Shown: positions 11,171 through 24,583 of the stretch, in pieces | Position numbering within the stretch: position 1 is the stretch's first letter | Layout of the letters: each line of letters opens with the position of its first letter | The notes under the pieces: generated by a model | What the model saw: only the letters and a program-made list of their open reading frames with translations | What the model was told of the DNA's origin: nothing | Database searches by the model: none | Source: Chiloscyllium plagiosum | Taxonomy: Eukaryota | Assembly: GCF_004010195.1 (NCBI RefSeq) | Contig: NC_057753.1 | Location: forward strand, 13,195,446-13,239,054 | DNA: 43,609 nucleotides | Direction: 5' to 3' | Made by a program: the position numbers and the translations under genes

Positions 11171-14100
11171 AAGATAATTCCAGGCAGTGCATTCGATATC
11201 CGAACTAATCGTGGTGCGAAAACGTGTAATCTCACGTCAAATGTGCTTCTCTGTCAACGACATTAAATCTATGTTTGTTTCATGAGGTTTGAGTCTCTGG
11301 GAAGCAGATTGAAACTTTGTTTTGGCTTTTGAGCAGTTAATAAATATATCAATTGGGCCATAGATTTCAACTGCCAAGAACTGAAGTTAAAATTGCATGA
11401 AAGACTGGTTTGGTCTAAACTTGTTGAGTGCATCCAGTTATGGAAATCACAGTGTATGGGGTTTGGATATTGAGATAACAGGATAGCTTATTTGTGATAT
11501 AGGATAATGCTAACATCATGGGTTCAATTCCTGTAATGGTTTTTCCATTGACAGTGTGGGCAATTCCCCAATTACCTTCGTTTTTGCATCCCGAAGGGTC
11601 ATTTGTCCATGTCCAATAACATGGTCCAAGAAGGTTACTTGGGCTTTGGCAAATTCACTTTTAGCTAGGTTTACTGCCAAGCCTGCCTTCCAAAGTCGAT
11701 CGAACATGTCCAATAAATGCTGAAAATGTTCCTTGCATGAGTGACTAAAAATCACCAGGTCATCAATATACACCACACATTTGAGTAATCTGGCAATGAC
11801 GTCATTAGTCAATCACTGAAATGTGGATGGAGCGTTTTTCATACTAAATGGCATGACTTTGAACTGATATAGTCCACTTGGCGTTACAAAAGCTGGATTT
11901 GCCTTTGCACTCTCTGACACAGGTACTTGCTAGTAGCCTCTGAGCAAATCCAACCTATAAATGTAAGTTGCTTGTCACACTTTTTCGACACGGTCATCCA
12001 ACTATGGAATTGGCTATGCATCAGTCTTTGTAATGGCATTAACTTTGCAAATGTCCACACATAACCATTGGGTACCATTTGGCTTTGGCATCATGACTAT
12101 GAGTGAGCTCCAGTCACTGTAGCTCACTTCAATTATGCCATCTTGGAGCATGCGCTCGATCTCCTTCTGAACCTGTGCCATCTTTAGAAGGTTATGTCTA
12201 TGAGGATGTCACTTAATCAGAACAGCATCTCCGATATCTACATGATACACAATTAGGTTAGTACTTCCCATTTTATTTCCATGCATCTCCCCATGTGATA
12301 GTAATAACTCTTTCAGGTCATTTCGAATTTCTTGTGGAAGGTAACTCAATAATTTATCCCAAGTTTTGACAGCTTCCTCATTGTCCAATTTGATTTGAGG
12401 AATGTCCAATTCAGAATCCTCTGAACTAAGTTCTTCCTTCTACGCTGTAGTCATTAACACCTTCTCCTCTTGCTTTCCGTCCCTATCAAAATACCTTCTG
12501 CACATATTCACATGACACATTCTGTGAGATTTCTTCCTGTCTGGAGTCCTTATCAATTGTTCACTTCATTCAATTTCTTCTCAATTTGATGTGGTCCACT
12601 AAGCCTTGCTTTTAATGGCTCACCTCTTACTGGATGTAACATCAATACCTTTTCCCCAATTGCAAAATGGCGAATTTATGACTCCTTATCCATTTCATGT
12701 TTCATTGGAAGCTGCGATACTTTTAAATGCTGTTTTGCCAACACGCTAGCTCTATTTAAACATTCTGTAAAATGTGACACATAGTCCAAATAGGCGGACT
12801 CTGAATTCTGACTTATTAACTTCTCCTTTATCAGTTTTAACGGTTCTCTTACATCATGCCCCAAAATTAATTCAAATGGGCTGAATTTGGTCAATTCATT
12901 CAGTGCAGCTCTGATCGCAAAAATTACAAATGGAACTCCCTTATCTCAATCACCTGGACAATCCTGACCATAATCACTCAACATGGTCTTTAGTTTTTGA
13001 TACCATCTCTGTAGCGCTCCTTCCAATTCTGGATGGTACTCAGTAGATTTGAATACTTTCATTCCCAAGTCATCTATAACCTCCTTGAATAGCCTGGATG
13101 TGATCGTTGATCTGACTGGATCTCTATTGGCAGTCCGTATCTAGTAAAAAAAATGAGTAATTCTTCTACAACCCTTTTTGCTGTGATGTTGCATAATGGG
13201 ATTGTCTCTAGAAATCAAGTCGACACATCTATTATTGTTAATAAGTACTTATTCCCACTTTTTGTTTAAGGTAGGGGACCTACACAATCAATCAAGACTC
13301 TTGTGAAAGGTTCCTCAAATGCTGGAATAGGTATTAAAGGTTCAGGTTTTATTACTGTCTGAGGTTTTCCAATTAGCTGACATATATGACACGTCTGGCA
13401 AAATTCAACTGCAGCAGTGTGTAGTCCAGACCAGGAAAAATACCTTTGTATTTTAACCTGTGTTTTCTTCACCCCGAAATGAACTCCAAGTGGTAGCTCA
13501 TGCGCCAATCGCAGCACCTTCTTTCTATACCCTACTGGCAAAACAATTTGATGCATCTCTGCCCATTTCTCATCAGCTCGAATGTGTGATGGTCTCCATT
13601 TCCTCATTAATACATCATTTGTTAAGTAATAAAACACAGGAACGCATTCACTTTCTTTCTCAGTAAATGCCTTCTGATATCACTGTTGTAATTCCTCATC
13701 TTTCTGCTGTAATTCAATCAGCGTAACAGAGCTAAAGATATTAGCATTTTGCCTACTTTCTGTCTCTCTGTTCCACTTATCTGATCTAAGTACATTTCGG
13801 ATAACACTGTGTCAGCTTCATTATCTGTGCTTTTTGATTTCTCCTGCTTCTGCTTGTGCCTCTGTGATCTTGTGATCACACAATCAGGGAAAATTCTGGG
13901 ATAAACATTTTGCATGTCTTCAGTTGCCTGCATCTCCACTGCTTTTCAACGAGAGTAGGCAGCATGCCTACCATGAATCTGCGATATAATTTGCAAGGAC
14001 AATTTGTATTCCTGGAGCTGAGAGTTTGTCCAATATTCCTACCACAAATTCGCCACTCTTCTAATTTCTAGCCTTACTTTACATAATTGAGCATTTTTTT

Positions 14101-14470
14101 CTCATCATGAATTCCCGTTGCCAGCACCTTTTCTGGCAATAGTCTCTCAGGAGTGCATATCACCTCATCCTTCAGCATTACAGACTGAGAGGATCCTGTG
14201 TCCTTTAATATTGTAACCTCACTACCTACTACTCCTGACCTATATGAATAAACTTTGCCCATGCATGTATAGTTTTTTAGCAGATTTGGCACTTGCTCCT
14301 TAATCAATCTCTGATCATCTTGTACACTCTGAGGCAATTGTCTAATTTCTCTTGTTACTTGTCTTTCTGTTACTTGTCCAACAAAACTTTCAGGCTCGTC
14401 TGGTTTTCTTACATCTGAGTTTCTCCGAGTCCCCCAACACTCTGATTTTGTGTGGCCCACTTTATTAGAA

Positions 14471-16216
14471 TGAGACCACCAGAGCGTTTTAACGTCTTTG
14501 ACCCCTCAAGGGTTTCTAAAGGCATCATAGGTTGCTCGATTTTTAAAGTTCTTATCCATTAATTGAAATTACTCCGTTTGATCCTTTCAAATTCAAGATA
14601 GGTTTGACCTGGGTCCCTCCTCAGATTCCTGAAATGTTGTTTATAGGCTTCTGGTACAAGCTCATATGCACTTAAAATGGCTTTTTTCACCTCCTCATAC
14701 TCCCCAGACTCCTCCTCTGATAGTGATGCGAATAACTCACTAGCCCTACCTAGAAATTTCGTTTCGATCAACAAAACCCACCTTTTCAAATTTGATGAAA
14801 AAGGCTTCCACATCTTTTTCATCAAATGAAGGCAATGCTTAAAAATACTTAAACAGTTTCTCACCAGGGCTCTGACTACAAGGGGTTTGCTTATCCTCGC
14901 TCTCTTCCTCACTAAGCCTACCGACAGCCTTCATCTCCAGTCTTTTGAGCTGAATTTCCTTTTTAAGTGTCAGTATTTGAAGGACAAAAACTCTTTTTCC
15001 TTTCTCTGCTCTCTCTTTTCCTCTTCTGATGCTCTCTTTTTCTCTCTGTTCTGTTGTTCTCTCTTTTCCCCTCTCTTCTGCTTCTAATTGTAACTCAAAC
15101 TGTTTCATTTCTGTTGTCCATTCCTTATCTCTTGCCTCTAACTCAAGCTGCTTCATTTGCAATTGAATTCTTGCCATCTCTATAGGTTCTGATGGTTTCT
15201 TCAGCAGGCTTCAGTGCCGAGCTACTGCTGTAATTATCGCTTCTCTCCTCACAGAAGCAGGCAGTTCCAATTCCAGCTTCTCTGCCAATTCTTGCAACTT
15301 GGTCTTATTCAGTTTTTGCAAAACTTCCTGAGACCACCAGAGTGTTTTAACGTCTTTGACCCCTCAAGGGTTTCTAAAGGCATCATAGGTTGCTCGATTT
15401 TTAAAGCTCTTATCCATTAATTGAAATTACTCCGTTTGATCCTTTCAAACTCAAGATAGGTTTGACCTGGGTCCCTCCTCAGATTCCTGAAATGTTGTTT
15501 ATAGGCTTCTGGTACAAGCTCATATGCACTTAAAATGGCTTTTTTCACCTCCTCATACTCCCCAGACACCTCCGCTGATAGTGATGCGAATAACTCACTA
15601 GCCCTACCTAGAAATTTCGTTTGGATCAACAAAACCCACATTGCCACTGGCTACTGCATTTGTTTGGCCACCTTTTCAAATTAGATGAAAAAGGCTTCCA
15701 CATCTTTTTCATCAAATGAAGGCAATGCTTAAAAATACTTAAACAGTTTCTCACCAGGGCTCTGACTACAAGGGGATTGCTTATCCTCACTCTCTTCCTC
15801 ACTAAGCCTACCGACAGCCTTCATCTCGTCTTTTGAGCTGAATTTCCTTTTTAAGTGTCAGTATTTGAAGTACAAAAACTCTTTTTCCTTTCTCTGCTCT
15901 CTCTTTTCCTCTTCTGACGCTCTCTTTTTCTCTCTGTTCTGTTGTTCTCTCTTTTCCCCTCTCTTCTGCTTCTAATTGTAACTCAAACTGTTTCATTTCT
16001 GTTGTCCATTCCTTATCTCTTGCCTCTAACTCAAGCTGCTTCATTTGCAATTGAATTCTTGCCATCTCTATAGGTTCTGATGGTTTCTTCAGCAGGTTTC
16101 AATGCCGAGCTACTGCTGTAATTGTCGCTTCTCTCCTCACAGAAGCAGGCAGTTCCAATTCCAGCTTCTCTGCCAATTCTTGCAACTTGGTCTTATTCAG
16201 TTTTTGCAAAACTTCC
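14471..16216. repeat. Tandem duplication (~860-890 bp x2) inside gag
   Basis: Units 14471-15328 and 15329-16216 both begin TGAGACCACCAGAG and end AAAACTTCC; near identical. Confidence 0.92.
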
Positions 16217-16344
16217 AAAGTCATCGCAATCACATCCAGAAAATTTTTAGCCACTGAAAGATCCATTACTATCCCAAGCTTTGTCTAAGCAACCAAACCA
16301 ACGCCCAAAATAAAGACGCTAGCACCTACCACTCACTGTTTAAA

Positions 16345-17019
16345 ATCCCGCAAAGAGCCACTAATCAGTTATGGACTAGGTCAGACCACTCAAAACATTC
16401 TTAAGCAAGAAGCCCCAGTCCATAACTTTACAATTTGACTCGGTAAGTGTACAGTGAAAATTACCTGGAGTAAGATAGCTCGGTTGATGACTAGATTTTA
16501 AAACAGACAAAATTTATTCACAAAATTACACAATGAAACACAAAAACAGAATAAAGAATCCCTACAGAACTCAACCTATCCAGCTATGCTGTTGCAGATA
16601 TACACAACAGTCCTAATAAGCAAATTCCCTTTAAAATCCAGTATAAATGGAACACGTGCTTACAGGTTGAAATTGAAGGGCAGAGAGATAGAGAAATAGA
16701 GTGGGAGAAAGAAAGTTTCCACACAGCCCCCTGTCGAACTTCTCGCCAGGTCAGACAGAAGTTAAACTGCTCAGCTCAGCTAAAGAGTTAACCACTCCCC
16801 TTTCCTTACACAGGTCACTTCTAAAACATGATCACTTTGGCCTGAAGGCTCATCTGTTTACATATAAACAAAAAACTTCTCAAAATCCTTTTCATCTCTG
16901 TGCTAAACCAGACTGATTGGGGCCCAGCCTGGTTTATTGCCTTTCTGAAAACAATCAAGGACAGAGTCTCCTTGAGTCAAGGAACATCTTTTCGAAAAAA
17001 AGGTTCTAGCTTTGTGGCA
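16345..17019 (-). repeat. 5' LTR (~16367-17019) with degenerate tRNA-Pro-like PBS (16345-16363)
   Basis: Minus strand starts TGCCACA and contains AATAAA; followed by TAGTGGCTCTTTGCGGGAT, resembling TGGGGGCTCGTCCGGGAT. Confidence 0.55.
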
Positions 17020-17324
17020 GTAGGATAACAATTTGCATTCTTCACTGCTTGCCACTCCAGCCTGCTTGTGAAAAGAGAGTCACAGTGAAATACCGAGCAA
17101 AATGAGGTAGGAGGATCGAATGTAAAAATTGTTGAACATAATGACTCCATTGTATAGATGCTGGTCTTCAAGCAGCTATTTACTGTAGTCCCTTTATTTG
17201 GCACTCAGCAAGTAACTTATGTAACCTACATTGCAGTGCCTTGCATGCTCATGTAAACATCTGTTCAAGGTTGTAATCATTCCTGCATCTGTCACCATTT
17301 CAGCTGCTGCCATACCTGCTGAGT

Positions 17325-17810
17325 ATCTGCTGAGGATGTTGTGAAACTTGCAGGGGTTCAGCCAAGATTAACAAGGATGTTACCAGGATTGCAGGGTTTG
17401 AGTGAAAGGGAAAGGCTGAATAGGTTGGGGTTGTTTTCCCTGGACTGTCGGAGGCTGAGTGGTGACTTTATAGAGGTTTATACAATTGTGACGGTAAATA
17501 GACCAGTCTTTTTCCTGGGTCAGGGGAGTCCAGAACTAGAGGGCATTGGTTTAGGGTGAGAAGAGAAAGATTTAAAAGGGATCCAAGGGGCAATTTATTT
17601 TTTCACATAAAGGGTGATACATGTTTGGAATGAGCTGACAGAGGAAGTGGTGGAGGCTGGTACAAGTAAAATATTTGACAGGCATCTGGATGGGTACATG
17701 AATAGGAAGGATTTAGAGAGATATGGGCCAAGTGCTGGCAAATGGGACGAGATTAATTAAGGATATCTGATTGGCATGGACAAGTTGGACCAAATGTTCT
17801 GTTTCAGTCC
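17325..17810 (+). mobile_element. CR1-type LINE 3' fragment
   Basis: RMLPGLQGLSERERLNRLGLFSL...GDFIEVY and CR1-like 3'UTR. Confidence 0.8.
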
Positions 17811-17811
17811 T

Positions 17812-18428
17812 GCACATTAACAGGGGGATCGGGTTTAAGAGCTGTGAGGTTTTGCTGCAGCTCTACAAGTCCCTGGTGAGACCGCACTTGGAATATTGTG
17901 CCCCGTTCTGGTCACCCTACTATAGGAAAGATACAGAGGCTTTGGAGAGGGTGCAAAGAAGGTTTACCAGGATGCTGCCTGGACTGGAGGGCTTGCCTTA
18001 TGAAGATAGGTTGAATAAGGTTGGACTTTTCTCTCTGGAGAAAAGGAGGAAGAGAGGAGACATGATCAAGGTGTACAAAACAATGAGAGAAATAGATAGA
18101 GTCAATAGCCAGACTTTTCCCCAGGGCAGGATTGACTGGTGCAAGAAGTCATAGTTTGAAGATATTAGGAAGAAGATATATAGGAGATGTCAGAGATAGG
18201 TTCTTTATGCAGAGAGTTGTGAATGCGTCGAATGCATTGCCAGCTGTGGTAGTGGAAGCAGAGTCATTGGGAACATTTAAGCAACTGCTGAACATGCACA
18301 TGGATAGCAGTGAGCTGAGGGGTACGTAGGTTGTTACTATATTTTACATTAGGATTAAATCTTGGCACAACTTCATGGGCCAAAGGGCCTGTTCTCTGCT
18401 GTACTTTACTATGTTCTATGTTCTACAT
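17812..18428 (+). mobile_element. CR1-type LINE 3' fragment
   Basis: LYKSLVRPHLEYCAPFWSPYYRKD...LERVQRRFTRMLPGL; (CTATGTT)n tail. Confidence 0.85.
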
Positions 18429-18517
18429 CTCTATGACTTGCTCATGTTCTTTTCGAGGAATCAAAAGGTGTGCAGAGAAAACAGGAACAGGATTGATTTG
18501 CAGATCAATAAAATGAG

Positions 18518-19215
<698 letters not shown>

Positions 19216-19644
19216 ATCTGTGGAATTGTTTTTTTTAGATACTACTGTTATCTGTATCCAAACCAAGTTTTATGTGCCTCTTACTGCTGATGTATGTAAA
19301 ATACAACATGTCTGGTTACCTATTTGGGAGAAAAAAATGACATATATCATCTTTCTTGTTAAAACTATTGTGCATGAAGTCTTTATCGTATCTGTAAAGC
19401 AGACTCATTTTTGTTTAAGGGCTCTCCATCTTCCTTATCTCCTCCATCCTCACCTCCAACAAATGTGGAGAACTTGTGGAGCACATTTGTCACTCAAAGG
19501 GAGACAATCGAAAAGTTTCATGTGAGTAGTTGGGAGAAGGCACATCCAGAGTAAGGGACAGTCTGTAATGCTGGAAATGTAGTGCACCATTGAAATTCTG
19601 TACAAGGGGAAGCCGTTTTTTTCTTTTTCACATGAACACCTGAA

Positions 19645-19808
19645 GAAACGCAGATGCTAGAAATCAGCAAGAAAAACAGAAATTACTGGAAAATCTCTGC
19701 AGGTCTGGCATCATCTGTGGAGAGAAATCAGAGTTAACTTTCCAGCTCCAATGACCCTTCCTCTGAGGAACCTGTTGTTTTTTTTCCAGCAATTTCTGTT
19801 TCTGCTTC
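19645..19808. mobile_element. Penelope-like end with short inverted arm
   Basis: AAACAGAAATTACTGGAAAA ... TTTTCCAGCAATTTCTGTTT. Confidence 0.5.
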
Positions 19809-19834
19809 CATGGTCAATGTGGTCTTCCTGGGAA

Positions 19835-20964
19835 CAGTGATATAGACACAGTGAGTCAGTCTGCTCTCACCGGGCTCAGTGATACAGACTCATTAGGATC
19901 AGTCTGCTGTCCCCAGGGTCAGTGGTACAAACACAGGGAAGTCAGTCTTCTCTCCCCGGGGTCAGGTATACAGATTCATTGGGGTCAGTGACACAGACAC
20001 AGTGAGGTCAGTCTGCGCTCGCCGAGGTCAGTGATACAGACTCAGTACGGTCAGTCTGCTCTCCCCAGGGTCAGTGATACAAACACAGCGAGGTCAGACT
20101 TCTCTCCCCGAGGTCAAGGATACAGGCTCATTGAGGTCAGTCTGCTGTCTCTGGGGTCAGTGACAAAGATACAGTTTGGTCAGTCTGTTCTTTCTGGGAT
20201 CAGTGATACAGATTTAAAAATCACACAACACCAGGTTCTAGTCCACCAAGTCTATTTGGAAATACTCACTTTCAGAGTGCTGCTCCTTCATCAGATAGCA
20301 CGCACACATACAAATACAAACTCTCATACTCACACTCTCTCCCACACACACAAACACATACTCTCTCTCTCTCTCTCTGTGGGCTGAATTTGCATTTGCA
20401 GAATTGTAATTGCATATACATTCTATTTTGTTTAAAATGCACACAATCTGCAGGCAGTTAATCCATGTAACATTTTATAAATTCCTACTTTGGAAATAGA
20501 ACTAGTCTGGCTCAAGTTTGGGATACAGACAGACTTTAATCTCACACCTTTCAATGCATTGTCTGAGCTGAAGTGTAACTTTTTTAAAATAAATCCTCGG
20601 GAATGTGACTAAAAAGAAGTTCTGGGATTTACATATTAATGATCCGAATCCTACAACCTATTCTAAAACATGAAAGATTTAACAGCAATCCAGGTTTGTT
20701 AAATAATTCATTTCAGTTACATGACACAGTGATTTTTTGCTGTAAATTTTGCGTCTTATGATCCTGCTCCACTGTTACGTGATGAAGGTGAAGCGCTTCG
20801 AAAGCTAATGCTTCCAAACAATTCTGTTGAACTATACCCTGGTGTTGTGTGATTTTTCACTTTGTCCACCCCAGTCCAACTCCAGCACATCCATATTAGT
20901 GAAACAGAGACACAGGGGGTTCAGTTTGCACTCCCCGGTGTCAGTGATACAGACACAGAGCGAG
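19835..20964. repeat. ~43-bp minisatellite (GTCAGTGATACAGACACAGTGAG + GTCAGTCTGCTCTCCCCGGG), ~9 units then interrupted by a PLE
   Basis: Units visible at 19835-20212, resuming at 20898-20964. Confidence 0.85.
20213..20897. mobile_element. Penelope-like element with inverted 5' arm
   Basis: Same family as 10479 and 28460; flanks AGTGATACAGA/AGTGAAACAGA; degenerate hammerhead motifs on both strands. Confidence 0.8.
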
Positions 20965-21089
20965 AGCCAGCTCCTCAGCGCCTGTTTCCCAGTTGCTGCA
21001 AACACAGGACCGGGAGTTTCCAATTCAAGTCTCGTGGTCTACACTGGGTGTTTCTGAAGTCTCCCAAGCCAGATTGACTCCTTTTTACT

Positions 21090-21290
21090 CTCGGCCTCCG
21101 TTATGACTTCCTGGCAAGTGGTCACGTGTCGTTTCACTCGCTCCACCCCCTCATTCACTCTCATTGGTTAGAGGACCAGCCGCACCCGCTTGGTCCTCCA
21201 GCTCGCCCGCTCTCCTCCTATTGGGCGTTGACCTGCCGTCAATCAGTCGGGCCCCAAAGGGAGGTCGGTGCTGGGATCCGGAGGAACCTC
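21090..21290. promoter_or_regulatory. CpG-rich promoter-like region
   Basis: ETS ACTTCCTG, E-box GTCACGTG (21121-21128), two ATTGG (CCAAT) boxes, high CpG. Confidence 0.55.
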
Positions 21291-21861
21291 ATCATTTACA
21301 GTGAATGGGGCAGTATCATACAGCGCAGGGAACAGGTGACCATTCCGCCTATTGGAGTTGTAATTCTTCATGCCAGAAACGCTGCAAAAATATCCCAGCT
21401 CTCCTGCTATTTGCATAAAACCCTCCAAATCTGTGTCCCATTTTCTCTTTCCCTGGGCTCATTCATCGGCTTTCCTCTGCGCCACCCCCAATCATCCATT
21501 AATCAGTCCAGACACCACCATTTCCTCGCTGTTTCCAGTTTTGATGATAGTCGCTGCATTCGAAATCTTACATCTTTTTTGATAGATGCTACAAGACCTG
21601 CAAAGTTGTTTCAGATGTCCAGCATCACAGTTCTTTGTATAATTTGCCCTCCTTATTAAGTTACATAACAAATCAATATTAAGAAAGACAGATGAATCTG
21701 CTTACCCTTACTATTCAACGTGTTCCAGATCCCCAGAAGTCCCTGAGTAAAATAATCTCCACATCGTCTCCCTTCATTATGCCAATTATCTGAAAGATGC
21801 CTTCTGTGTTTTTGCATTTTGAATGTGTGACAGCGAGTTAATTGCAATATGTAATGTCATT

Positions 21862-22215
21862 GGGGAGGTGATGGTCTGGTGATATTATTGCTGAATTAGT
21901 GATGCAGTGACTCAGATAACGTTCTGGGAACCGGGGTTCAAAACCCACCACAGCAGATGTGCGAATTTGAATGCAGTTTAAATAAAATATCATTTAAGCA
22001 CTTACAGATGACCATGAAACCATTGCTGACTGTTGTAAAATCCCATCCCCATCAAAGGAAACCTTTTCTCTTCGTCTGGTCTGGCCTATATGTGACTCGA
22101 GGTCCAGAACCATGTGGTTGACTCCTTCCTGCCACTAGAAATGGCCCAGCTAGTATTGCTAGGTCCAGGCATTAAATGCTGGCTGGCTCGTGGTACCTAT
22201 ATCACATGAGCAATT
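21862..22215 (+). mobile_element. Old tRNA-derived SINE
   Basis: B-box-like GGGTTCAAAACCC and shark SINE-like body and tail. Confidence 0.5.
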
Positions 22216-23842
22216 AATAGTAAAAAATGTAGTTCCAACTGAAGACAGCATGAGACTTGGGATGAGAGGCAGCTGTAAGTGATGTGTGCCTGTGATTCTG
22301 TGCCCTTGTCCTTATCAGTGGGTGAAGTTATGGGTATGGAAGGTATTGTCAAAGAGCGTTGGTGAGTTACAACACTGTTGTGCAACACTGCACTTCACTG
22401 GTGAAGGGAGTGAAAGTTGAACCTGTTGGATGGGGTAGCTTTCAAGCATATTCCGTTGTCGCTGATGGCCTTTAGTTTCTCCCCACAGGGGACAGTGACT
22501 TTTCCTTTGTTACCTCGCAGTGTACCTATCCAAACACACTCTCAGATGGCCTCCCATATTCAACCTCCTGGTAATCTCAAGCTCATCCAAAACTCTGCTG
22601 CTCTAGTGCAGACTTAGACCAAGTCTTGTTCACCCATCACCATTGTAAAATTCGAAGAGGACAGCAAGGTATCCAGTTACATTAAATACAGGGAAGTGAA
22701 AAGATGATTTCTAAAAATAAAAGATTTCTCAAATTGGAAGGAATAAAGAATCCACAAGTGAGGATAAGACCCAGAGGAAACGAAGAGAGATGGGACATTT
22801 TATTCAATAACTTGTCTGATTACTCATCAATTTTGGGATCCCAGATCCACTTGCCAGCTTTTGATTTTTCCATAGGTGTTGCCTGACACACTAATGTTTC
22901 TGTTGGTATGAAGAAAAGCAACAAATGGTCAGAAATGATTCTGTCAAAGATTATATTAATTCAAATTACCATTAATTGCATTTTATATGTGGAAAATCAG
23001 AGGTAAGCTGTGCACTTAGACTCCGATACAATTTTGCATCTGGAGAATTTATTTAATCATTCATGGGATGTGGATGGTGCTGGTGAGTCTCTATGTTCCA
23101 TTGCTGGCTGACCTGCAGAACGTGGTAGCAAGCAGAGTAAGGATAGCCACAATGCTGTGAGCATTTGAATTCCAGGGCTTTTCCACCCTGCTGCATATTG
23201 CCACCTATAAAAATGGTAGCCACGCACTAGTTATGCGGAAAGTTGCCCCTATTAAATATGGCTGTGATAACTCAGGCCTGTCACTGTCTGAGATCTGTAA
23301 CTGTTTTCCTGCTTGCTGCAAATGTGGAAGCGGAAGTTTCTAATTCTTGTCTAGTGGCCTAAACCATTTGTCATATACTCTCTTGGCTTGTTAGTCCTTT
23401 TACATTGCATGACCTCACACTTTTCAGGAATAAATTCTATTCGCCAGTGTTCAGCCCATCAGACCGGCCCTGGTGTATCGTCCAGTATGCTACAGTTTTC
23501 CTGGCAGAACCCAAAGTGGGAATAGAAAGTAAATATAGGTGTAGGTTCAGAAAGGGGAGCTCTAGAGGCAGTTTGGTCCTTCAGGGCTGGTGGGAGAGAG
23601 GGAAGTAACAGAGGCAGCTGATCAGATTGTCCCAATGCTAGAGACAAGCAAACTCAATGAGCTCCTGCATTTCTTGCTGGAGGCAAGGATTGAGGAGACA
23701 GGGAAGAAAAACGGCATTTTGAAAGTAGTTATCTCATGTTTGAAATATTAAAGAGTTGACACGCCGCGAGTTTAACACCAAACTGATTTATTTAGCTTTC
23801 ATCTCACATAATAATACAATATAAAACTTGAGTGAAGTTCAA

Positions 23843-24160
23843 GTGGGCGGCATGGTGGCACAGTGGTTAGCACTGCTGCCTCGCAGCGCCAGAGACCCGG
23901 GTTCAACTCCCACCTCAGGTGACTCTCAGTGTGGAGTTTGCACATTCTCCCCGTGTCTGCGTGGGTTTCCTCCGGGTGCTCCAGTTTCCTCCCACAATCC
24001 AAAAATGTGCAGGTTAGGTGAATTGACCATGCTAAATTGCCCGTAAAGTTAGGTGAAGGGGTAAATGTAGTAGTATGGGTCTGGGTGGTATACGCTTCGG
24101 TGGGTCGGTGTGGACTTGTTGGGCCGAAGGGCCTGTTTCCACACTGTAAGTAATCGAATC
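23843..24160 (+). mobile_element. HE1-type tRNA-derived V-SINE
   Basis: A box TGGCACAGTGG, B box GGTTCAACTCC, V-domain GTCTGCGTGGGTTTCCTCCGGGTGCTCC, CR1-like tail. Confidence 0.88.
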
Positions 24161-24220
24161 AGGATTATTTGGAACAGATGCCACAGAACAGGGTTCACTG
24201 CTGGACATGATCAACAACAA

Positions 24221-24583
24221 GAAGAAAGTGAGGACTGCAGATGCTGGAGATCAGAGTTGAAAAGTGTTGCGCTGGTAAAGTACAGCAGGTCAAGCAGCAT
24301 CCGAATAATAGGAGAGTCGATGTTTCAGATATAAGTCGTGCATCAGGAATGTGGCATGGGTTGGAGAAGGCTGAGAGATAAATAGAATTGGGGCTTGGGG
24401 GATGGTATTTGGATACACGATAGGTAGATACAGGTGGGGGGGGTGATGGTGACTCCAGGCGTTGGATGGCTTAGATTTGGCTGTGGAGGAAGCCCAGTAC
24501 TTGCCTGTCCTTGGCAGAGCGGGAGGAGCAGTTAAAGTTGTCAGCCACAGGGCAGCGGGGTTGTTTGGTGCATGTCCCAGACA
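24221..24583 (-). mobile_element. Penelope-like fragment just downstream of ZNF stop codon
   Basis: Family 3' end; flanks TGATCAACAACAA/TGATCAACAGCAA; degenerate hammerhead near 24320-24350. Confidence 0.7.

Larger units (their letters stand above)
11516..17019 (-). mobile_element. Decayed Gmr1-like Gypsy LTR retrotransposon (LTR-gag-PR-INT-RT), 3' truncated
   Basis: Gag YELVPEAYKQHFRNLR; knuckle GHTKSECW; protease ILKDTGSSQS; integrase AHE...HFG...CQTCHICQ...IDCVGPLP (13266-13637) upstream of RT YIDDLVIF (11516-11812); many stops and frameshifts. Confidence 0.9.

Noticed and set aside
19847-20004. CACAGTG heptamers in the minisatellite as cryptic RSS or D segments
   Set aside because: No nonamer at 12- or 23-nt spacing.
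19835-20212. CRISPR-like array
   Set aside because: Vertebrate DNA, and the units are degenerate tandem copies without unique spacers.
21126-21659. 177-aa ORF, and similar ORFs at 5126, 34536 and 35639
   Set aside because: No recognisable domains; they overlap promoters, low-complexity DNA or repeats.
23843-23915. tRNA gene
   Set aside because: It is the tRNA-derived head of a SINE.
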